Shown: positions 55,417 to 64,000 of the stretch, piece by piece
How positions within the stretch are numbered: the stretch's first letter is position 1
Layout: every line of letters starts with the position of its first letter
From: Plasmodiophora brassicae
Lineage: Eukaryota
DNA: 64,000 bases
Assembly: GCA_036867785.1 (NCBI GenBank)
Contig: CP145412.1
Span: 1 to 64,000, forward strand
Direction: 5' to 3'
Made by a program: the position numbers and the translations under genes
The notes under the pieces: model-generated
Database searches by the model: none
Seen by the model: the letters and a program-made list of their open reading frames with translations, nothing else
What the model was told of the DNA's origin: nothing

Positions 55417-58400
55417 TTAGGTGAGGTGGTCGCCTCTAGTTGCCAGGCTCTGAGCGGTGCTGAAGATTCGGAAGACACGCTGGGCGGTGGCCGCGTCTGG
55501 CATCTTGGGGACCTGGACGGTGCGCGAGTACGTATGCAGGAGAATATCGTTGTCTTGAATGTCGACCGTCAGCTGCCCCCAGGGGACCTCCTCGACCAGG
55601 TCGGGATTCATCAGGTTCGACAGGTCGACGATCAGTATGGACGTATCCAGGAACACGAACAGGCGACGCCCGACGACGACGTGATCGAGGTAGGCGCTAC
55701 GGGCGTACCGTCCCTGCTCGACGGTGCGAAGGATCCTGCGGACGGCGGCGTGCTTGGCGTTGTAATCGCGAACGGCCCGTTCGTACCCGTAGAACATACG
55801 CGAGTTGCGAACCTGCTGTCGGCGACGACTCGGCACGTTCGCCGTGTTTCGGACGCCCTGAGACACGGACGAGACGGCGTCCAGGACGCCCGTCAGCGGC
55901 TTCGTCACCAGGCCGATCGTCCCGTATGCAACCCCTGAACAGGACCGTCAGTGGGAACCACAACGGGCGAACGTGGCAACGTCGAACCCTTGAAGAAGCC
56001 GCCAACGCCACTCGTGGTTGCTCCTTTCAGCGGATCCATGAAGACGCCCGAGATGCCGTCGGCGATCCCAGTGGCCAGGTTGCGTGTCCCGTAGACAAGG
56101 CCTTCCAGAACGTCGTCCGGGTTCTCACGGGCACGGGCCTGCGCTCGCCTCGACCGATACTCTTCGTTCGTGCCGATGGCGGCGACACCGCTGCCCAGGT
56201 TGCCGGAGATGCCGGCCAGCGAGTTGCCCACGCCGTACAGCGACTGGTTCAGCAACGACTGCGAGCCCTTCTTCAGGCCCTGGCCGAATCCGAGCAGGTT
56301 GCCTTCGACGAGGCCTTCCATGGGGTCGTTGAAGAAGTCGGACAGGCCGCTGCCGAGGTTGTGCAGCAGGCCGATCGGATTGCCGAGAACGGAGACGGAG
56401 CCGAGGATCAGGAACACGCGATCCATGACGCTGGCGTGATAGTGGGCGGCCAGATGGCTGAGCAGGACGTCGAACGTCACGAACACGTTCTTCATCAGCT
56501 TCCCCTCCAGGCGGATGGGCGCGTCGTCGACGTTCTTGAACGCCGTCCCGAACCGGTTGCCGCCGCTCGACGACGAGGACGCGAAGCTGAACCGGATGTG
56601 GATCGGGGCCAGCTCCAGCGTGTTGAAGTACATCAGGGAGCCAGCAGCGCCGCGAATCTCGCTCAGCTCCTCCGTTCGATGCAGGCGCTGGAGCCTCAGA
56701 ACGACGGCCAGGGCCGTTTCGTCCGGTTCCCGCGCCGTGACGGTGATCGCCCCGGCGGAAGCGGTGGCCTCGTCCATGTCCCAAGTCTTCAGCTGCGTCG
56801 AGCGCGTTGCGAAATCCGAAACAAGAGACAGGAAGTCCTCGTCGACGTCAACGATGGTCTCCTGGACCAGGACGCCGAAATATTTCAGGAAGCGGATCGA
56901 GGCACGATCCAGAAGGATACAGGAACGAACCAGTATGTGGGGTGGGCGTGCCGCCGTGCTGGACGTCGACGATGTCGACTGCTTCAGCGTGGCAGGCGAC
57001 ACCGCAACCGGGAACCGGTACGGCGCCTCGCCGTCGTCCAAGTTATCGAGCTGGGCGCTGACGACTTGCAATTCAAGATGGCACTCCGCTGCAGTCTTCT
57101 GCACGAAGAACTCCATCCCGTCCATCGTCAGCAGGGCGATTTCGGCCGGCCGATCGTCGATGACGCTGACGCAGATGCGAGGGACAATGAGCATGAAGTC
57201 CAGGTCAACGAATCGTTGTTCGAACTGGTGCCGCCGCCGATACTGTTGCTGTCGGGCCTCGGTCATGTCCTGCAGTTGCAGGACCTTGGCTTGCCGTCTC
57301 GTGACCATCCGAACGCGCAGCATCGCAGTCGGTGGCCCAACACACGTGTCGAGCCCTAGATCGTCCATTTCGACCGTGCCGAACCAGACATCGGTGCGAA
57401 GTTCCAGACGAAGCGGGCGCGGTGCCGCCAAGCAGTCCCAGGCAAACGGTACGGACGCGCCGGGCTCCACAAAGATCAACGGCCCAGGCGTAAACGGCGA
57501 GACTAGATGCTGGCGGAAAACAACGCCATACGACGACTGATTCTGGATGACATAAGGCGGGCGAGCCGGGTCCCGCTTGGCGATGAATGCGAATATGGTC
57601 GCACGAACAGCCTGAATGTGCAAATCGAACAGGTCTGCAGTGGGGAGGTTCGCGGAGGGGACCGCCTGGTGCGACGACTGCGAGCCCGATGCTCTTCTAT
57701 CGGACGGGACGACCTTCAGCACCGCTTCGGAGACCTCGTGAATGTAGAAATACCCGGACCAGTACACTAAATCTGTGGAAATCGATACCAAACGCTGTGT
57801 AGCGTTGGATGGCGCCCAGATCAGAGGTTCGCAAGTGTGAGGTGCCACGGCAAGAAGAGAGGCAGGGGACGACGGCTGAGCAACGTAGACGGTCTCGTTC
57901 GTGTTGTTCGCCACAACGTGACGAGGAACGAACTGGGCCAACTTCGACAATCGGAACGGCGCGGGGCCGACATCGAATTGCACACCGAGGTCGATGCGGC
58001 GCCCGGTCGGGTCAATCACATGGATGGCGCCATCATCAACGGAAGCAGTCAGGTTGAACGGCGGCGACCACTGAGACGAACCGTTCGCTCGGACGACAAG
58101 GTCGCAGACGCGGCCCGGTAATAGGCCGAACACGCAGAGGGGGAGCGTAGACGGAGCCGTTCGACGTCGGAACCATCGTCGTCGACGGGCCAGGTCAAGC
58201 GACGTGCATTGCCGATGTGGCGTCTTCAACAGATCCGCCCGCCCGACAGCATACACCCAGCCTTCGGCATCGTTCAGGGACGACTCCTTGTCGCAATTCC
58301 AGTCAGCGTCCAGCCAGGTCCACTTCTGGAAGCTATCAGGCAGGTGGGCGCGATCGTCGTCCTTGCGCAGCGGAAAACGGATGGCGACATCCGACCAAGG

Positions 58401-61400
58401 CAGATCTTGCGCAGGCATCCACCTCGACGTCGGTGACGTCCGAACCTGATTCTCGTAGACTTCAGCAACCAACGGCAAAGCGACTTGTGCAGGAATGCGG
58501 TGTGGTGCCGTGTCCGGCGAGCTAACCCAGCCGAATTCCAGGCCGAAACCGGTCGAGTCAGCGAGGATGAACGATGCGCTGATGGAGACAACGACGCGCG
58601 CGGCAGGCCCTGATGACCTCGATATTGCGGTGGAGCCGGATAGACAGTCTATCCGAGCGCGCATTGGCGACCCAGTTACGTCCGTCAGGATAACGTGTTC
58701 TTCGCAGGTCTCTTTCCAGGAGGTTGAATCAGTCGACCCACTAGCAAGGTACGCCGGAGCGGCGTCATCAGGACTGCCAGCGCCGGGACAGATTCGAACC
58801 CAGCGAAGCGGCTGGAAGTGATCAACCGTGATCGCGATGAATGGGTCACGTGATGAATCAAAATCGCAGAAATGGGCGATACTTCCAGGCTGGACACTGC
58901 CGGCGGAGACGACGCCACCCTCACGGTACTTGATTGCATACGACAAACGCTTGCCAAGCAGGTTCTCGAATACGAATGGGGAGAGGAGTGTGATAGTTGC
59001 ACCTCGCAGCGGATTGTGATATCTTTCGAAGTAGCCATGCACGAAGAGACGGAAGCGCCCAGCAGGACCGCAAACGAGTTCGTCAGTATGGGTCTTGTTT
59101 TCGGCAGATGCAAGAGACGAAACAGAAAGCGGTTTCCGGCTCCAACTTTGGTCGTCTGAGAGAGGTCGAACGAAGAAGTGTTCGCAATGAAGATGACGTA
59201 AAGGAACGGGAAGCGATTGCCCAGGGCGTATCGGTCCGAAACGGTTTGATGACAGAATCTCGTTCGCGCCGACGCCGCCTTGATCGCAGGCAACCACGTC
59301 AACGTCTACGTTCAGCTTGTTCACGATGACGATGGGAGACCTCAATAGTAGAGATTTGAACCCGTTACGAAGACGGCATTCGCTAATTAGATAAATGGGG
59401 CGCGAAGAAGGTGTTGTGGTCGATGAACCACGTTTCGATGGCCGCAGCGCGAATCGGGATATGCCGACGCGATCGAACTTGACTTGGAAAATCGGCTGAT
59501 ATGGACCACTGACTTGAAGGGTAAGTGACCACGAAACACGTGCGGACGAATGCAGCAATTCCTGTGGAATGATTTCAACAGGCGCCTCGCAGCCGTCGGC
59601 AACCGTGCCCCGAATGGAAGAGTCAGTGTCAAGCCAGAACTCAACAGTGCCGCCGGTCTCATTTCGAACGAAGTACGGAGCGAAGACGGATATGGCGTCG
59701 TTACCAGGCACCATCGACGGACGTTGTCGTTGTTGCTGCCATAATTGCCAGGTACCAAGCAGAGTTTCGATCACAGCCGAGCTCACATTAATGTTAAGGA
59801 ATTCATCCGTATTGGAAGCTGAAGCAACCTCGACTGCTATTGCGGTTGTAACATGACGGTTCGGATCAGTTGACGTTCGACGCTGCGACGAAACGCTGCC
59901 TTTGCGGCCGACACTAGATGTACGACGCCTTGATGTGGCAGAGCCACTGCGCATCAGGGACTTGCTACCTGTCTCGGAACTTGCCGGCGCAGGTTGGGTC
60001 GCAGGCGCAGCAAGCATGTGCTGCATATTGACCTCAAACGCGCATGGTTCTAGGACAGGCTCCCAAGTCGTTATAGATGGATTGAAAGCATAAACAGACA
60101 CAGCCAACGAGGCCAGCGCACGTACGTGAGTGGCACCCCCAGAGACAAGAAGTTTGAAAGGAGTCGTGCGTGCAGATAGCAGCGGCATATAACGCTGACG
60201 GCAATCGTTCACAGCGATGCATTTGACTTGATCGAAAGAGACGTTTGCTGCATACGTCACGGGCGCGACGTTGTTGAGGACAACGTCCGAACCGCGAACG
60301 TCAACGGTGTCGACACCCGACTTGATTTCGTCATCAGTGGCAACCTCTGATATAGACGAAGTCGAGTCCAGGGAGGAGCGCGCAGAGGATATCCTCGAAG
60401 CGGTAACGGAAGAACGACCTCGAGAAGCGGCTCGAGTTATGGACGCGATCACATGGCCAAGCAGACAAAAGTCCTCGTAGCTTACAACGAGTGAAACGGG
60501 ATCGAATTGCACGCGAAGGTCTCGAGACCGAAGAGCCGGACCGGTATCTCGTGCAATATTCGCACGTGTAAAGATGTCGTTCAAGTGCAATGCGAAATTT
60601 GTCGGTTCAAGCATGGGCAGGCGCGTTGTCTTCTGCTGAAGAGACAGCGAAGGTTCTTGACCAATGAACGATTCGATCCCAGACAGAAGTAGCTTTGTAT
60701 CGCGTTGCCCGCCACTCTCATCTTCGGACACTTCATCTGAAATCGTGAACGAGAAACTGCTTCGAGTGACAATCAAGCGCGAATCGGTTCGTACGATATC
60801 TTCGACGAAAACGATACGGGACTCCGACACGCTGATGACAAACCGTGTCGACGACGAAGGCGCTGCTGGTTGAGCAGATACTTGGGAACCAGAAGCACGG
60901 GCGCCATTTGTGGCCGGAGAATAAACGCTTTCCGAAGAGTCGAAGAAACGCACCAAATCAAATGCAAGCTGAGGAAGAAAGAATATGGATGGGTGCAGAA
61001 TTGTTAAACTGGTGGTCGTACTGTCCATGTCGAAATTGACAACCGAACTCGTAGCGTCGTCAGCTGTTGTGGTTAGCATTTTCCGAAACGCAGCATGCGA
61101 TAAGCGAGATCTCGAATCCTGAATTTCAATCGATCGCATGGTAAGCTTCAGGTGAAATGACGAATCCCGATTATACGAAAACCGCGTTTCCCCGATCACC
61201 AACGTTGCAAGCGAGGCATCGTTGAATTTGTCGAGCGAGGAGAGACGAGACGTGGCGCCAACGCAACGCAGACAAATGTTACTAACTTCAAGTAAAATCG
61301 TCATGGGACGTGAAGGTGCGTCCTGTTGCTCAAACGCATAGGACACAGGGACGGTTGTCGAGACGGATTCGACAATACGAGGAACCTCCATAGAGAGGTC

Positions 61401-64000
61401 GTCATCGAAGACAGTCGACATGGAGCTGAAGTTGTGTGCGAATACGGCTAAAATGAGAAGATACTGATCGTGTGAAAGTGAGCACTCGATCGAGGGTATG
61501 GAGCACTGAACTGTCATTCGACTGTTGTCCACTGGGATACAAATATCCACATGAAAGTCCACAGATCCGATCTCAAGTTCGTCGTCTAATACGACGGAAC
61601 GAATGTTCATACGCTGGACAGCGACATTGAATTTTTCAGGAGACGAAGAAGAAAACGAGAGTGCACTCGCGTTTGCCAGCAGGAAGTCGCGCGAGCCAGC
61701 AATAACGGGGACGACGACGGTCGGAGACTCGGCGTCCACAGTGATTGCAACGGCAACTGAGACGACGTCTGCAGTCTTGGCAACAGCATGGCTAAGCACA
61801 GCGCCGAGGACTCCCGCAGTCAGGTAATCCACAGCCTCCAGAATTGTTTGTTGCAGATAGACCAAACGCAATGGCGCCAGAGTAATCGTCAGCGAACTGT
61901 TGCCCAGAGAATCAACCGTCCCGTAGCAAACGCTGAGAGCAGGACGTGACGAATCAGGTTGCGAAAGGTCCAGAATGGGAATTGGCGAAGAGGCACGACG
62001 AGTGACTCGGGCAGAGAGACTTGATAGGGACACCGTCGTGCCCAGCTGAGCATCACATGATTCCATTTTGATTGCCAAGTTATCAAGCTGAGCTTGGAAC
62101 AGTGCGATTCCTTTGCGCTCCTTGTTGAACGTCACAACGACACGGCGCAGCTGCGACGTTAACTGGAACTTCGATGATGCGCTGTCGTTGGATGCGTTTG
62201 GCACGGGAACGGGGACTTCAGATCGATGGGAAGGCGAAGACACGGCCTCCGTTGAATCGGCTTCCAGGATTTGCATAACTGTCGACACTGTATCAGGGTT
62301 CCACTGGATATAAAGGCTCGAAAACGAGATATCCAAGTGGGTTCCTTCGGCGCCGACATCGCGAACAATGCGAATCAAATCGTTCGAGTTGTCGCCATCG
62401 CTGATGTCAGACCGCGCAAGGTCAGCGAAAGCATCGCCGGACGGCTGCAGTAGATCGCGAATGTGCAAACTTCGTAGCCGAGCAATCTGTTTGGTCTCAG
62501 TTTTCGCGTGATGCATCTCGAAGGAAAATTCGGACGCAAGAATATTGACGATTGGGAGGGATGTGGACATTTGCCGAAACATGACGTCAACCCCAGCCAC
62601 GTTGACAGTACAGTCAAACGCGTAGTCGTCGTCACCGGCTACAGAAGCAATTGCATCAGACTGACCGCCCTGGGCAACTGGCAACGAATAGTAGAAATCC
62701 ATCCAAGATGACAATAACGAAACAGATCGACGAACAAACGACTTGTACAGGACGAGGCGCAACACGTGTCCTGACGAAACACATAGTTCCTGGCGTCCAG
62801 GAAGCATGGGCATCACGAGTTGAAGAGACAGTGGCCATGGCTCAATCACTTCGTTCCAGGCGCCGCCTACATAGTGCTGAATGATGACAGTGCTGCTAGC
62901 CGAAATGCGGTTCGTATTGCTCTGCTGATCGGCTACTTTCCTAAATGCGAGGTTGGACAGGCGGGCATCAAGCAGATGTTTCTTTGAATGTTCATCCAAG
63001 AACAGAAGAATAATGTCATCAATGTTGACGGCAAGGTCACCCTTTGTCGTAGGGGTCCCAACGGCAGGGTCAGGGCCGGCAGAAACGGGAATAACGTTAG
63101 GCTTATAATTCTCCAGAAAGCAAAACAGAATGTTGGAGAATAGCCTCGCGATTTCAACGGAGATGTGCAACCGAACAGGCTGCAGGCGCACTGTCGTCGT
63201 CCCGTCAGCGCTAAACACGACATTGACGTTGAACGGAGACATGACAGAGTTGTCTCCGTCTTTAGAGACGATAGGGCGGTCCGCAGTGCACGAAAACATT
63301 TGCAATCCCAGCACATCAATCGACGTAGACACATACGACGGGCCTTCATAGAGTACCTCAAGGACGAAATCGCAAGAAGTCGCAATGGCGCGCGAATCGC
63401 TTGCTTTGAGATCTTCCAGGAACACCATACGACTTTGTTCGATGCGGATGACGGTGGAGGAACTCGATGTGGTCGACGGGTCCTCTTGAAGCACTGCATG
63501 GTCGGCAGTAACAGAAGGGGCAATTCCGTCCAAGGAGAAGAATGATCCCAGATCGTACAAAAACGAAGAAACGGCATAGCCACAAGGGCTATGAAGCACA
63601 ACAGATAGAGTCGTCGGTTCAGATGCACTCCTCGGCTGGACCCACTCAACGGCGACATGTGAAACTGCAGTCTTAGCTTCGTCGATTTGCACGCTGTCAT
63701 CTGTCTTGGCAGCGCTGAAATCCCCGATGAGAGTCCGAAAAGGGGAATCGCATGACGCCACGCGTTCATCCTCCATTGTGACGGTGCTCAGCGAAACGCC
63801 AAACTCCATGTGCCGCGGAGGAACCGAGAGAAATCGGATGCAGATGTCTCGGGCAGAAAGAAGCGCTAGTCGGCTCCCTGAATCGGAAACCCAGTCCACA
63901 GAGCACCCAGCTAGCAGCAGGAATCGAACTTCCGGGACGTCAAACTTGACGTTGAGTCGAGATCCGAGAACGTTTACGTCATCGTAAGAAAAGGCGACGA
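55417..64000 (-). CDS. VPS13: VPS13-family lipid-transfer protein, 3' portion (frame open to the window edge)
   Basis: WEPVLEP, PYFVRNETG, VAB repeats (PRHVVANNT, PPYVIQNQS), YFNTLELAPIHIRFSF, ILGSVSVLGNPIGLL...GLSDFFNDP, ATG2_C-like Gly-rich helices and PH-like end; intron about 55927-55985. Confidence 0.95.

Overview
Left end of a compact, GC-rich eukaryotic chromosome. (CCCTAAAA)n telomere, ~55-70 bp spliceosomal introns, very short intergenic gaps and secreted BTB-like/ankyrin genes point to a plasmodiophorid such as Plasmodiophora brassicae; this is an inference, not a database match. Bases 1-375 are telomere, joined directly to a 5'-truncated, decayed non-LTR (LINE) reverse transcriptase whose 3' end is followed by a telomere-repeat remnant. 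The subtelomere (~2-19.8 kb) holds an intact Ty3/gypsy chromodomain retrotransposon with identical LTRs, Helitron remnants, a decayed multicopy gene family folded into several inverted repeats, and a Crinkler-type nuclease-like plus kinase ORF bracketed by inverted repeats. The core region (~19.9-64 kb) has a class C GPCR with tandem bacterial-type sugar-binding domains, a secreted coiled-coil plus bulb-lectin protein, TBCE, a USP48-like protease, a TSNAXIP1-like gene, RPB11, a C2H2 factor with a hAT MITE upstream, an organellar helical-repeat protein, a DDT/WHIM protein, candidate effectors, HIU hydrolase, Sen54, mitochondrial uL2, a CEP164-like WW protein, COX11, three identical tRNA-His genes and the 3' part of VPS13. 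All domain calls are from reading motifs by eye; exon boundaries and some starts are approximate.
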